A stretch of 64,000 nucleotides of DNA from NCBI GenBank assembly GCA_963820435.1, contig CAWGAC010000008.1:234549-298548 (forward strand), written 5' to 3'. This DNA is from an uncultured Spirochaetota bacterium. GTDB lineage: Bacteria; Spirochaetota; Spirochaetia; SZUA-6; Fen-1364. The translations under genes were made by a program, and so were the position numbers. This document shows, piece by piece, positions 9,693-19,430 of this stretch. The number at the start of each line of letters is the position of its first letter. Within the stretch, counting starts at the first letter, position 1. The notes beneath the pieces were generated by a model. It was not told where the DNA came from and searched no databases. It saw nothing but the letters and a program-made list of their open reading frames with translations.

Positions 9693-10619
9693 TCAATCCG
9701 CTCCCGCAATGGACTCGACCATTTCGTGAAGCTGTGCGTCGCTGTACTTCCCCCTGCCCGCCGGCATGATGTCGCTGAATCCCGCCACGATGTCTGCGCC
9801 CGGGTCAACGATCGAGCGGATTATGTACGCCTCGTCCGCCCGCAGGCTGCGCCTCTTGCCGCCTGTCAGCACCTCCACCGTGCTGCCGGACAAGCCCTTG
9901 AATGTCGGCCCCACGAGCTTTGTGCCGTCGAGACTGTGACAGTCGAGGCACCCGGACTGGCGCAGGAGGGCGACGCCCGTTCCTTCTTCCTTTTCTGCCT
10001 GCGAAGTGAGCCCCGGGATGTCGACATCCTGACCCGCGTACCACTTGTCGAAATCCGGGGGCGGGACCACGAAGACCTGGCTCAGCATCTTGGAGTGCTG
10101 CAGCCCGCAGTACTGCGTGCACAGGATGTCGAAGGTGCCCAGGTCAACGGCCTTGAACCACGCATGCGTGGTCATGGTCGGCAGGACGTCCTGCTTGATC
10201 CTGTATGCGGGTATGAAGAAGCCATGGATCACGTCCACGGATTTCATGTCGAGTGCCACGTTCTTCCCCTGAGGCACCACGAGGTCGGTGCTTTTCCTTC
10301 CGTTCTCGTAGGTGAAGAGCCATGACCACTGCCGTGCCGTGACCTTTACGTTCATCGAATCAGCGGGCGCCGTGCGAAGGAACTTGAACGAGGTGAGGCC
10401 GTAGAAAAACATGCTGAGGGCCAGGACCACCGACGCGGCAATCCACACGGTTTCGAGGACCGCATTGCCGGAGATGTCCGAAGGATTCGGATTGCGGCTG
10501 CGGCGGTACCGCACGACGAAGTACAGCATGAGAAACATGATCACGGCGAACAGCAGGAAGCAGAACACCATGATGTAGATGAACGTGCTGTCGACCGCGG
10601 CGGTGGTGGTCACCGGCAT
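9693..10619 (-). CDS. coxB: Cytochrome c oxidase subunit II with C-terminal cytochrome c
   Basis: DVIHGF, CuA motif CTQYCGLQHSKM, heme c motif CLDCH...IMP. Confidence 0.95.
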   Translation of the reverse strand: MPVTTTAAVDSTFIYIMVFCFLLFAVIMFLMLYFVVRYRRSRNPNPSDISGNAVLETVWIAASVVLALSMFFYGLTSFKFLRTAPADSMNVKVTARQWSWLFTYENGRKSTDLVVPQGKNVALDMKSVDVIHGFFIPAYRIKQDVLPTMTTHAWFKAVDLGTFDILCTQYCGLQHSKMLSQVFVVPPPDFDKWYAGQDVDIPGLTSQAEKEEGTGVALLRQSGCLDCHSLDGTKLVGPTFKGLSGSTVEVLTGGKRRSLRADEAYIIRSIVDPGADIVAGFSDIMPAGRGKYSDAQLHEMVESIAGAD

Positions 10620-10635
10620 TATTCCTCCTCCCTGG

Positions 10636-10908
10636 CTACCTGTACAGGACGTCGGTGAATGTGAGCCCGATGAAAATGGCCAGGGTGCAGATGGCGATCG
10701 GGACCAGGAGCTTCAGGAGCAGCCGCTTCTCCGAGCTCAGGTGCATGAAGTATAAGAGCACCAGCGTGGATTTTATCGCGGCGATGGCGAGAACCACAAG
10801 GATGCCCACACGTCCGAAGTTCAGGCTTGCCGTGGTCACCGTGATCGCGGTGAGCACGATCAGGGCCGCCCAGATGTACACATAGCGCGCGTATGCCAAA
10901 ATCCTCAC
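10636..10908 (-). CDS. coxD: Cytochrome c oxidase subunit IV
   Basis: 3 TM helices, IAAIKSTLVLLYFMHL. Confidence 0.88.
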   Translation of the reverse strand: MRILAYARYVYIWAALIVLTAITVTTASLNFGRVGILVVLAIAAIKSTLVLLYFMHLSSEKRLLLKLLVPIAICTLAIFIGLTFTDVLYR

Positions 10909-10911
10909 CTC

Positions 10912-11512
10912 CTAGGAGATCAGGTAGAACAACGGGAAGAGGAATATCCAGATGATGTCGACAAGGTGCCAGTACAGCCCCGCGTTCTCCAGGGCCGCGG
11001 AGCGTCTCCTGCGTGGCCTTGCCCCGGACGACGAATGAGAGGATGACGGAGAGGACCGTCATGCCGATGATCACGTGCAGCGCGTGCAGACCCGTCATGG
11101 TGAAATACAGGCCGAAATAGAGGATCTCTCCCGGCGGTCTCTTCATCAGCACGGCCGCGTTCGGGTACAGGCCATGCTCGAACTTCGCGGTCCACTCGAA
11201 AGCCTTCACCACCAGGAAGGCGGCGCCGAACGCGATAGTGGCGCCGAGAAAGAATATCGTGCGCTTCGGCTTGTTCAGCTCCTGCAGGGAGAAGATCGCG
11301 GCCACCGCGGTAAGGCTCGAGGTGAGGAGGATGGCCGTGTTGAGCGTGCCGTCGAACCTGCTCAGCTCCATCGATGCCGCATGGAAGTCCCCGGGATGCT
11401 TTGCCCTGTAGACGGCGTACAGCAGGAACAGACCTCCGAAGAGGAGGATCTCCGAGAGAAGGAACAGCCACATGCCTATCCGTGCGCCGACGCTGTGATC
11501 GCGGATTTCCAT
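10912..11512 (-). CDS. coxC: Cytochrome c oxidase subunit III (one frameshift near 11000)
   Basis: [28 protein letters not shown]; C-terminus [26 protein letters not shown] in another frame; span is 601 nt. Confidence 0.9.
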
Positions 11513-11513
11513 G

Positions 11514-13151
11514 CTACTCCTTTTTTTCCTTGCGGCCCGGAAACACGTACGGCCCATGGGTGATGATCGGCACGGTCTCGAAGTTTTCCGCGTGGGGCGG
11601 AGAGGGGATCTGCCACTCCAGGGTGCTTCCGCCCCACGGGTCGGCCTCCGCCTTCTTTCCCCTGAAGAGCGCGTACAGCAGGTTGCCGAACATCAAGCCG
11701 AGCCCCGATACCATGATCCACGAGCCCACCGTGGCGATCACCTGCAGATCGGTGAATTGGGGGAGATAGGAGTAGTAGCGTCGAGGCATGCCCGCCCACC
11801 CCAGGATGAGCAGAGTCATGTAGAAGAGGTTGAAGCCGACAAACAGCACGATGAATGCCACGGTGGCGGTTCTGTAGTTGTAGGTCTTGCCGAACATCTT
11901 GGGGAACCAGTAGTGCAGGGCGGCGAACAGCCCGAATCCCATGCCGCCAAAGATGATGTAATGGAAGTGACCGACCACGAAATACGTGTCATGGGTGTGC
12001 ACGTCCGTGGAGAGCGCTCCCAGCACCAGCCCGGTGAGGCCTCCAATGGAAAACAGGGCAATGAAACCCAGCGCGTAGAGGAACGGCGGGTCCACCTTGA
12101 CCGAGCCCTTGTACATCGTGGCGATCCAGTTGAACACCTTGATGGCGCTGGGGATGGCCACGAGGAATGTGAGGAGGGAGAAGACGATGCTTGCCGTGTC
12201 GCTCTGGCCGCTCACGTACATGTGGTGTCCCCACACGAGCGAGCCGACGCTGGCGATGGCGAGGCTGGAGAATGCGATTGTCTTGTAGCCGAATATGTTC
12301 TTGCGGGAGAACACGGGGAACAGGTCGGAGATGATCCCCATGGCGGGCAGGATCATGATGTAGACCGCCGGGTGGGAGTAGATCCAGAAGAGGTGCTGAT
12401 AGAGAAGGGGATCCCCGCCCTTGGAGGGGTCGAATACGCCTATGCCGAACACGCGCTCCAGGAGGATGAGCACCATCGTGATGCCGATGACCGGTGTGGC
12501 CAGAACCTGCACCCACGCGGTGGAGTACAGGCCCCACACGGAGAGGGGCATGCGGAAGAAGGTCATGCCGGGCGCGCGCATCATGTGCGTGGTCGTCACG
12601 ATGTTGAGCCCGGTGAGTATGGAGGACATGCCCAGGAGGAACACGCCGAAGACGGCAAGCGGCACATCGACGGTCGTGTGGATGCTGTAGGGCACGTAGA
12701 AGGTCCAGCCCGTGTCCACCGCGCCCTTGGCAAAGAGAATCGATCCCAGGACAACGGCGGCGCCGGTCATGTACAGGTACCACGAAAAAAGGTTCAACCG
12801 GGGGAATGCCATATCTTCCCCTCCGATGAGGATGGGGAGGAAGAAATTGCCGAAGATCGTCGGGATGCCGGGGATGACTACGAGGAAGACCATGATGATC
12901 CCGTGCAGGGTGAATATCGAGTTGTACATCTGCCCCGTGAGGAATTTGCTGTCCGGGGACAGCATCTGGATGCGCATGAGAACGCCCAGGATCACGGCCA
13001 CGGTGAAGAAGCTCAGCACGGCCACCAGGTACAGTATTCCAATCCGCTTGTGATTGGTCGAAGTGATGAAGCCCCGGATGCCCGGCCGCTTCCCGTTATC
13101 CAGATACCAAGGGCCCACCGCGTGGTGGGCGGCCTCAGCGTGAGACGCCAT
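11514..13151 (-). CDS. coxA: Cytochrome c oxidase subunit I, A2 type
   Basis: FTLHG, GWTFYVP, FWIYSHPAVY (YS motif), WGHHM, HDTYFVVGHFHY, GMPRRY. Confidence 0.97.
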   Translation of the reverse strand: MASHAEAAHHAVGPWYLDNGKRPGIRGFITSTNHKRIGILYLVAVLSFFTVAVILGVLMRIQMLSPDSKFLTGQMYNSIFTLHGIIMVFLVVIPGIPTIFGNFFLPILIGGEDMAFPRLNLFSWYLYMTGAAVVLGSILFAKGAVDTGWTFYVPYSIHTTVDVPLAVFGVFLLGMSSILTGLNIVTTTHMMRAPGMTFFRMPLSVWGLYSTAWVQVLATPVIGITMVLILLERVFGIGVFDPSKGGDPLLYQHLFWIYSHPAVYIMILPAMGIISDLFPVFSRKNIFGYKTIAFSSLAIASVGSLVWGHHMYVSGQSDTASIVFSLLTFLVAIPSAIKVFNWIATMYKGSVKVDPPFLYALGFIALFSIGGLTGLVLGALSTDVHTHDTYFVVGHFHYIIFGGMGFGLFAALHYWFPKMFGKTYNYRTATVAFIVLFVGFNLFYMTLLILGWAGMPRRYYSYLPQFTDLQVIATVGSWIMVSGLGLMFGNLLYALFRGKKAEADPWGGSTLEWQIPSPPHAENFETVPIITHGPYVFPGRKEKKE

Positions 13152-13154
13152 TCG

Positions 13155-13958
13155 TCAAACCCTCCCTGCTGTACGGCGCTTCCTGCCTGCCAGGAGAAGA
13201 TAGGAGACCAGGCCAAGAGCGACCAGGAGCGTAAAGCTCGCGGTGATTTTCAGTATATTGAAGACAAATTTGTGATTCTGCGGATCGTAACTGAAGCAGA
13301 ACCGCATGACTTTTGCAATTGTCGGGCCCACCGTGCCAGTGGAAGCCTCCATGAGGGACATCTTCAAATCCACGGGCAGGAAGTCGGTCCCCGTCATGTA
13401 GCGGACGATCTTTCCCTGGGGGGAAAGGATCACAAGACCCAGGGGATGGTCGAACTCGTCGCCATTTCTTACGTAGTGGAATCCCACCGCGTCAGCCACT
13501 TTCCGTATGTCCTCTGCGCTCCCCGTCAGGAACCGCCACGCCTCAGGCGGGAAGGGGGCTTCGATGGACTCGAGGCTGAGCTTCTTTGCCTTTCGGGCGT
13601 CGGCCAGGGTCTCACGGTCGTCGATTGTCATCGTGAGGACCTGGTAGTCCCGGACGGGTGTTGCGGGCAGAAGCCGTATGACGCCCGCCATGCTGGTGAG
13701 AAGATAGTCGCAGGCGTTCGGGCATCTGAAATAGACGAGGGCGAGGATGGTCGGCGTGCGCACCAGGTCACGCAGCGTGACCGGCGCGCCGTCATCCGCC
13801 GTGAACCTTGCGTCCAGCGGAACGAAGGAGCCGAGGTGCTCCTCGATGCCCACTCCGCCCCAGACACCCGGCAGTGATTTCTCCTCAGCCCGCACGGCCG
13901 CGCCGCCCGCAATAGCGAGCAGCAACGCGGCCGCGAGCAGCCCGCGCGGCCTCCCCAT
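13155..13958 (-). CDS. SCO family copper chaperone
   Basis: YFRCPNAC (CxxxC), WRFLTG, FDHP, signal peptide and C-terminal TM; start ATG 13958. Confidence 0.92.
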   Translation of the reverse strand: MGRPRGLLAAALLLAIAGGAAVRAEEKSLPGVWGGVGIEEHLGSFVPLDARFTADDGAPVTLRDLVRTPTILALVYFRCPNACDYLLTSMAGVIRLLPATPVRDYQVLTMTIDDRETLADARKAKKLSLESIEAPFPPEAWRFLTGSAEDIRKVADAVGFHYVRNGDEFDHPLGLVILSPQGKIVRYMTGTDFLPVDLKMSLMEASTGTVGPTIAKVMRFCFSYDPQNHKFVFNILKITASFTLLVALGLVSYLLLAGRKRRTAGRV

Positions 13959-13971
13959 GGGAGTCACCTCC

Positions 13972-14733
13972 CTATTTCCAGCTGGCGAGGGCCGAGGAGA
14001 TGTACGTGAAGAGGTCTCCCGCTTGGTCGTCGTTGATCTGGTCTGCCGGGAAAGACGGCATGCCGCCCGCCGAGCCATCCGGCATTTTCGGGGACCTGAT
14101 GAAGGCCGTGAATGTGGCCAGGCTCGCGAGCTTCTTCGAGGTCTTCAGGGGGAGCTCGGCAACCACCACGTTGCCGCCGTTCGGATGGCAGGCGGAGCAG
14201 TTGTCCGCGAAGATCTTCTGACCTGCCGGCGCGGCGACAACGGCGGTCTTGCCTCCCTGCGAGGGCGCCGCCTGCGAGGGCGCCGCCTGCGCGGAACCGG
14301 GGGACCACCCGCCGTAGACCAGCCGGGCGCCATACCAGCCCAGCCCCACCACGGCAACGAACGCAAGCCCGTAAATGACGAGCATCGGCGCGGCATGCAT
14401 CTTCACTTCGCTTCCCAGAATGATGCCGATGGCAAGGAGCACGAGCACGGCGCTGGCCAGGATCATCTTCATTTTGATCGGCGGGATCATGGCGCCCTTG
14501 AAAAAGTGCAGCCAGTCGAATACCCCGAACAGGATCGTGGGGAAGACGAAGAGGAAGGCCAGTATCGAGACGTGGCGCGCCGTGGTGAGCACGTTCTTTC
14601 GGGCGAACACAATCCCCACCACGAGGAAGAGGAACGCGCCGATGACCAGCCCTATCGGGATGTGGGTGATCGGGGCGTGCAGAGGATCGGGGAAACCGAT
14701 CTTCGTGACAAACTGGTAGAGGGAATCGATCAT
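13972..14733 (-). CDS. Membrane DUF2231-like domain fused to a class I c-type cytochrome
   Basis: HAPITHIPIG + 4 TM helices + GWYGARLVYG, then CSACH...GGMPSF (c6/c553-like). Confidence 0.85.
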   Translation of the reverse strand: MIDSLYQFVTKIGFPDPLHAPITHIPIGLVIGAFLFLVVGIVFARKNVLTTARHVSILAFLFVFPTILFGVFDWLHFFKGAMIPPIKMKMILASAVLVLLAIGIILGSEVKMHAAPMLVIYGLAFVAVVGLGWYGARLVYGGWSPGSAQAAPSQAAPSQGGKTAVVAAPAGQKIFADNCSACHPNGGNVVVAELPLKTSKKLASLATFTAFIRSPKMPDGSAGGMPSFPADQINDDQAGDLFTYISSALASWK

Positions 14734-14766
14734 GGATCGCCTCCTCGAATTGCTCCCTGTGTCCGC

Positions 14767-14795
14767 ATCTTAGCGGCGGGACCGACCCGTGTCAA
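14767..14795 (-). promoter_or_regulatory. sigma70-type promoter of the cytochrome c/cox operon
   Basis: TTGACA-17 nt-TAAGAT; GAGGAGG SD before ATG 14733. Confidence 0.7.
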
Positions 14796-14810
14796 ACAGT
14801 GCAGCAACTG

Positions 14811-15677
14811 TCAGCCCTTCCTGACGTAGAGCTCCGACACGGCCGAGAAATCCAGGTCCTTGAGCCCGGCGGCGGAGGCCAGCGCGAAAACCTCTTTCGC
14901 CGCATTGATCGTCGGCATGGGGACGCCGCTCTCGAAGGCGGTGACGCAGGCAAGCTGGAGGTCCTTGTGCTGCCAGCGCAGCGGAAACTCCGGGTTGAAG
15001 GTGTGCGATTCCAGGTTGGAGCGTTTCCCCGCAATGAACGGCCCGGCCACCGCCCCGCCGACGAGCATGTCCAGCAGCGCCTTTCGGCTGAAGCCGAGGG
15101 CCTCCCCGAAAGCCAGGGCTTCGGAGAAGGCCGCCATTGCCGTTCCCAGCATCATGTTGATGATCATTTTCATCGAGGCGCCCATGCCCGTGCCGCCCAT
15201 ATGCTTGATGGTCTTGCCCATGAGCTGGAGGAGCGGCGTGCACTCCTCGAGATCCTTTGTCTCCGCGCCCACAAGAAAAGTGAGCTCCCCTTTTTCCGCA
15301 AAGGGCAGGGAGCCGGTCACCGGGGCGTCTACGAAACGGATGCCCCGCCGAGCGGCCTCGGCTGCCATCTGCCGGCTGAATGAGGGATTGACCGTGCTGC
15401 AATCCACCCAGAGGCTGCCCTTTGTCATGACGTCGAGAAACCCGTTCTTTCCGATGGCGGTGCCGGCGACGGCGTCCGGGTGGGAGAGCATCGTGAAGAG
15501 AATCGCGGCGCCCTTCCCTGCTTCCGCCGCGGAAGCCGCCACAATCGCTCCCTCGCGTGCCAGCAGGTCCGATTTGCCCGGCGAGCGGTTGTACACCGAA
15601 AGCGCATGCCCGCCGCGAAGCACGTTGCGGGCCATCCTGCTTCCCATTATGCCCAGGCCGATGAACCCAATTCTCAT
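14811..15677 (-). CDS. NAD(P)-dependent oxidoreductase, 3-hydroxyisobutyrate/beta-hydroxyacid dehydrogenase family
   Basis: IGFIGLGIMG, FVDAPVTGS, MKMIIN, KDL. Confidence 0.92.
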   Translation of the reverse strand: MRIGFIGLGIMGSRMARNVLRGGHALSVYNRSPGKSDLLAREGAIVAASAAEAGKGAAILFTMLSHPDAVAGTAIGKNGFLDVMTKGSLWVDCSTVNPSFSRQMAAEAARRGIRFVDAPVTGSLPFAEKGELTFLVGAETKDLEECTPLLQLMGKTIKHMGGTGMGASMKMIINMMLGTAMAAFSEALAFGEALGFSRKALLDMLVGGAVAGPFIAGKRSNLESHTFNPEFPLRWQHKDLQLACVTAFESGVPMPTINAAKEVFALASAAGLKDLDFSAVSELYVRKG

Positions 15678-15690
15678 GCGCAGCCTCCTC

Positions 15691-16389
15691 TCATTTCAGA
15701 TTCGCAATGCAGGCGCTGATTGCCTGGCGGAGCTGCACGGCTGATTGTGGATCCGGGAGGCCGTTTCCCGACAGCACGTCAGTCGGCTTTGAAATCTCTT
15801 TTCCATAGTAAAGGGCGTTGGCGTCGTAATCCACTTCGAGGGCCGCGCCCTGCAGCGCGACACCGGCGAATAGCCCCCTTGTCCGGGAATAGGAATAGAT
15901 CTCCGCGCGCAGGTCCTGGTCGGTCACCGCGCCCGCCTCCCTGCCCAGGGAGCCCGCCGAGAGTGAAGCGTCCACCCCCATCGTGTACTTCCCGCGCAGG
16001 ACCCGATCCACGCTGTCCTTCGTTCGGAAAAAGAGCACGATGTCCGCGGACTGGATGCCGATTTGCCAGCCCACGCTTCCCCCGGTCAAGGTCAGGAACA
16101 GGGGCCTGCTCCAGGAGCCATCCGCGCCGCGCACGACGAGCACGCCCCTGCCATGCTGCCCGCCGATGATGAACCCCGCCCGCTTCACGTCCGGGATGAT
16201 CGCAATGCCGTGCACCTGCCGAATCAGAGCGGCAGGTACCTGGTATTCAGGCACCTGCGTAAGAGTCTGGAATACATCCTGGGCATCCTGCACCTTGTGG
16301 ACTTCCGCTCGCTGCGCGCGGACCGGAAGGATGGCGATAGTCATGAGGGTGAGGACCGGCACAATCCTCGAACGAGACATTCTGGTCAT
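15691..16389 (-). CDS. Lipid-binding SYLF (Ysc84) domain protein, exported
   Basis: GFIIGGQHGRG, GGSVGWQIGIQ, YSYSRTRGLFAGV; signal peptide; GGAGG before ATG 16389. Confidence 0.9.
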   Translation of the reverse strand: MTRMSRSRIVPVLTLMTIAILPVRAQRAEVHKVQDAQDVFQTLTQVPEYQVPAALIRQVHGIAIIPDVKRAGFIIGGQHGRGVLVVRGADGSWSRPLFLTLTGGSVGWQIGIQSADIVLFFRTKDSVDRVLRGKYTMGVDASLSAGSLGREAGAVTDQDLRAEIYSYSRTRGLFAGVALQGAALEVDYDANALYYGKEISKPTDVLSGNGLPDPQSAVQLRQAISACIANLK

Positions 16390-16558
16390 GAGGGAGAACC
16401 TCCTGGACGGCCGCTTCGACGCGCGCCGACCGGGTCGACGCCGTGACGCGCGCCTCGAATTCATAATATCCATCCGGAACACCATCGGCTATTGTTTCTG
16501 CGCACGGTTCTTGTCAATCCGGCTCCCCGGCTACCGATATATCAATCAGGGGGCTCAC

Positions 16559-18715
16559 GTGACTGCTTTCGGCAGGAGGCTCTCTCCTGCGGTTTTTTCC
16601 CTCGTCGTCATCCTGCTGTCTCTCTGCCTGGTGTGCGTCACTTCGCTGGGGCTCCACCTGGCGGGAGTCTCAGGCCCCGCCGGTGCACTGGGCAGGTTTC
16701 TCATCGAAGGCTTTTCCTGGGCCGGGTTCTTCGTGCCCGCCTATCTGCTGGCCGGCGTGGCGCTCCTCCTTGCGCCCGTTTTCCGCAGGCGCTCCGCCCT
16801 TCTCCTCATGTTTTCCATCGTGCCTTTCGTCACTTTGAGCCTGCTTTTCCATGTCCTTTCGAAATCCACTTCCGCGCTGGCGCAGCTTCTTCTGGACTCC
16901 TACGGGATGGCCCCCTCCGCGCTTCTGCTCTTCCTGCTCCTTGCCCTGGAAACCATCTTTCTTTTCACCCTGCCGCGCGGGACCCGCACCGCGGCATCAA
17001 CGAGGAAGTCTGCCCGCGCACCGCTTGGCCTTCCTTATCTGAAGCCGGAGCCGACCGCCGATGCGCCGCTTCCCGTCAATGAGGCGGAGGCGGCGCCGGA
17101 AGCGCTCGAGGAGCAGGTGGATGAGGGGCAGGGGGAGGAGGAACCGGCGCCCGAAGAGGAGACTGCCGAATCGGACACCATCGAGCTCACACCCGTCGAA
17201 AGGGGACTTCCCCTGCGTACACGGCCGAAGGCGCCCTCTGTGATGCTCACCCCGGGCCCCGAGCAGGAGGAGCTCCCGTTTCCGAAAACCGGCAGCGGGC
17301 CCCGGTCCTACAACATACCCGTGCACGACGTCCTGAAGAGCCGCGGCGGCAACGAGTACTGGATCATCGACGAGGAGACCAAGCGGGCCTCCAAGATCCT
17401 CACCGACGCGCTGAAAGAGTTCAATATCGATGCCGAGGTGACCGGCATCCGAAAAGGCCCTGTCATCACCCTTTTCGAGGTTCTGCCCGCGCAGGGGGTC
17501 CGGGTGTCCAAGATCGCCAACCTGTCGGACAACATCGCGCTGCGTCTTGCCGCGCCGAGCGTGCGCATTGTCGCGCCGATCCCCGGCCGGCACGCGGTAG
17601 GCATCGAGGTGCCCAACCGGGTGCGCTCCATCGTTTCATTCAAGGAAATGATCTCCCTGGACGTGATGCAGAAGTCGCCTTACGAAATCCCCCTCGCGCT
17701 CGGGAAGGACATCCTGGGTGAAGCGCAGGTCATCGACCTGATCCAGACCCCGCATCTGCTGATCGGCGGCGCCACCAATTCGGGCAAAAGCGTGCTGGTG
17801 AACTCCATCATCTGCTCGATTCTTTTCCGCAAGTCCCCCGACGAGGTACGGATGTTCCTCATCGACCCGAAGATCGTGGAGCTCAAGCTCTACAACGGCT
17901 GTCCCCACCTCCTCACGCCCGTGATCACGGATCCCAAGAAGGCGTTCCAGGCGCTGCAGTACTGCATTGCGGAAATGGAGCGCCGCTACACCCTGCTGGA
18001 CGCCATGGGCGTGCGCGACATCCGCTCATTCAACAAGAAGGCGAAGAAGGAGCGGGTGCAGAGGCTTCCCTACATCGTCATCGTGATCGACGAGTTCGCC
18101 GACCTGATGGCCACCACGGGCAAGGAGCTGGAATCCACCCTCGCGCGGCTTGCCGCCATGGCGCGGGCGATAGGCATTCACATGGTGCTGGCCACCCAGC
18201 GTCCCTCCATCGACGTCATCACGGGCCTCATCAAGGCGAACATCCCCTCCCGCATCGCTTTCATGGTGGCCAACAAGTTCGATTCCCGCATCATCATCGA
18301 CGCGGTGGGCGCGGAGAAGCTCCTCGGCAAGGGCGACATGCTCTTCTCCGCCGCGTGGAACCCGTTCCCCACCCGGATCCAGGGCGCCTACATCGACGAG
18401 GACGAGACGGACGCGGTCACCGAGTACGTGAAGAAGCTCGGGCCGCCGCAGTACATCGAGGACGAGGTCTTTTTCGACGACGAGGAGACGAACGACTTCG
18501 AAGGCGAGCCGGGCAATGATCCGCTTTTCGAGCGGGCGCTGGAGATAATCGTCTCACAGGGCAAGGCCTCGGCTTCCTACCTCCAGCGAAGGCTCAAGGT
18601 CGGCTACAACCGCGCCGCGCGGCTGGTGGAGGAGATGGAGATGCGCGGAATCGTGGGCCCTGCGCAGGGAAGCAAACCGAGAGAAATCATCCACGTGCCG
18701 TCAAAGGGCTCGTGA
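16559..18715 (+). CDS. ftsK: DNA translocase FtsK
   Basis: N-terminal TMs; PHLLIGGATNSGKS, IDEFADLM, LATQRPS, GAEKLLGKGDML, gamma domain LQRRLKVGYNRAARL; start GTG 16559. Confidence 0.96.
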   Translation: MTAFGRRLSPAVFSLVVILLSLCLVCVTSLGLHLAGVSGPAGALGRFLIEGFSWAGFFVPAYLLAGVALLLAPVFRRRSALLLMFSIVPFVTLSLLFHVLSKSTSALAQLLLDSYGMAPSALLLFLLLALETIFLFTLPRGTRTAASTRKSARAPLGLPYLKPEPTADAPLPVNEAEAAPEALEEQVDEGQGEEEPAPEEETAESDTIELTPVERGLPLRTRPKAPSVMLTPGPEQEELPFPKTGSGPRSYNIPVHDVLKSRGGNEYWIIDEETKRASKILTDALKEFNIDAEVTGIRKGPVITLFEVLPAQGVRVSKIANLSDNIALRLAAPSVRIVAPIPGRHAVGIEVPNRVRSIVSFKEMISLDVMQKSPYEIPLALGKDILGEAQVIDLIQTPHLLIGGATNSGKSVLVNSIICSILFRKSPDEVRMFLIDPKIVELKLYNGCPHLLTPVITDPKKAFQALQYCIAEMERRYTLLDAMGVRDIRSFNKKAKKERVQRLPYIVIVIDEFADLMATTGKELESTLARLAAMARAIGIHMVLATQRPSIDVITGLIKANIPSRIAFMVANKFDSRIIIDAVGAEKLLGKGDMLFSAAWNPFPTRIQGAYIDEDETDAVTEYVKKLGPPQYIEDEVFFDDEETNDFEGEPGNDPLFERALEIIVSQGKASASYLQRRLKVGYNRAARLVEEMEMRGIVGPAQGSKPREIIHVPSKGS

Positions 18716-19290
18716 AGCTTTCATGCCTTTCAGGGAGTCCCCCCGGCCGTAGTCTATGAACCTGCCGATCGAGGAAGCCATGCCCTCCATGCAGAACGCG
18801 CATGCTCCGGTGGGCTCGCTTGCGCAGCGTTTGCCGGGATAGATCTCATACAGCTTCTTGAACGCCGCCGGCGTGAAGTTCGGCATGAGCACGTTGGCTC
18901 CCGCTTGCAGGGCCTTCGGCCGGTAATCCTCCCCCATGCTGCCGAGGGCGGTGGTAGCGGGAAGGTGGCTGTTTTTCGTCACGATCCGGGTGAGGGCGAG
19001 CGTTTTGAGGGTCAGCGTCACATCTCCCGGTTCCCGGTCACCCAGCCGCGTCCGCGGATGCGGCAGGAAAGGCCCGATGCCGATCATGTCGAAATCGCTC
19101 TGCCGGAAAAAAAGGAGATCGCGCGCGATGCAGCGATCGCAAGGCTCTGACCTGTCAGAGGACCGATCTCATGAGGAACCGCTCCGCTACCTGCGCTTAG
19201 CCAGAGCGCGTATCGGAGTTCGGCCGCTCTCCCTCCGAGAGCTGTCACCGACATGCCGGTGACCACGGTCTGTATATCCCCGCGCGGCAA
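18701..19290 (-). pseudogene. hydE: [FeFe]-hydrogenase maturase HydE, C-terminal remnant
   Basis: DMIGIGPFLPHP, HLPATTAL, AGANVLMPNFTP, YEIYPGKRC intact; upstream part broken by many indels; radical-SAM CxxxCxxC region absent. Confidence 0.8.
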
Positions 19291-19379
19291 TACCGTCGCA
19301 CAGCTGGCGAGGATCTCAAGAAAGTGTCAAGCGGACTGGACGCGGCAGAGCAGTTCGTCGCCGGATTCAAAAATTTCGC

Positions 19380-19430
19380 TTGACAAATCGGTCATCTGTG
19401 TAATAATGGTTGCAATTGGTTATAACCAAT
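19380..19430 (+). promoter_or_regulatory. Promoter plus GntR/FadR-type operator
   Basis: TTGACA (19380-85), AATAAT (19402-07), perfect palindrome ATTGGTTATAACCAAT (19415-30). Confidence 0.75.

Noticed and set aside
14256-14291. 15-nt tandem repeat in the cytochrome c gene
   Set aside because: It encodes a simple QAAPS linker and is unrelated to the dispersed hairpin family.
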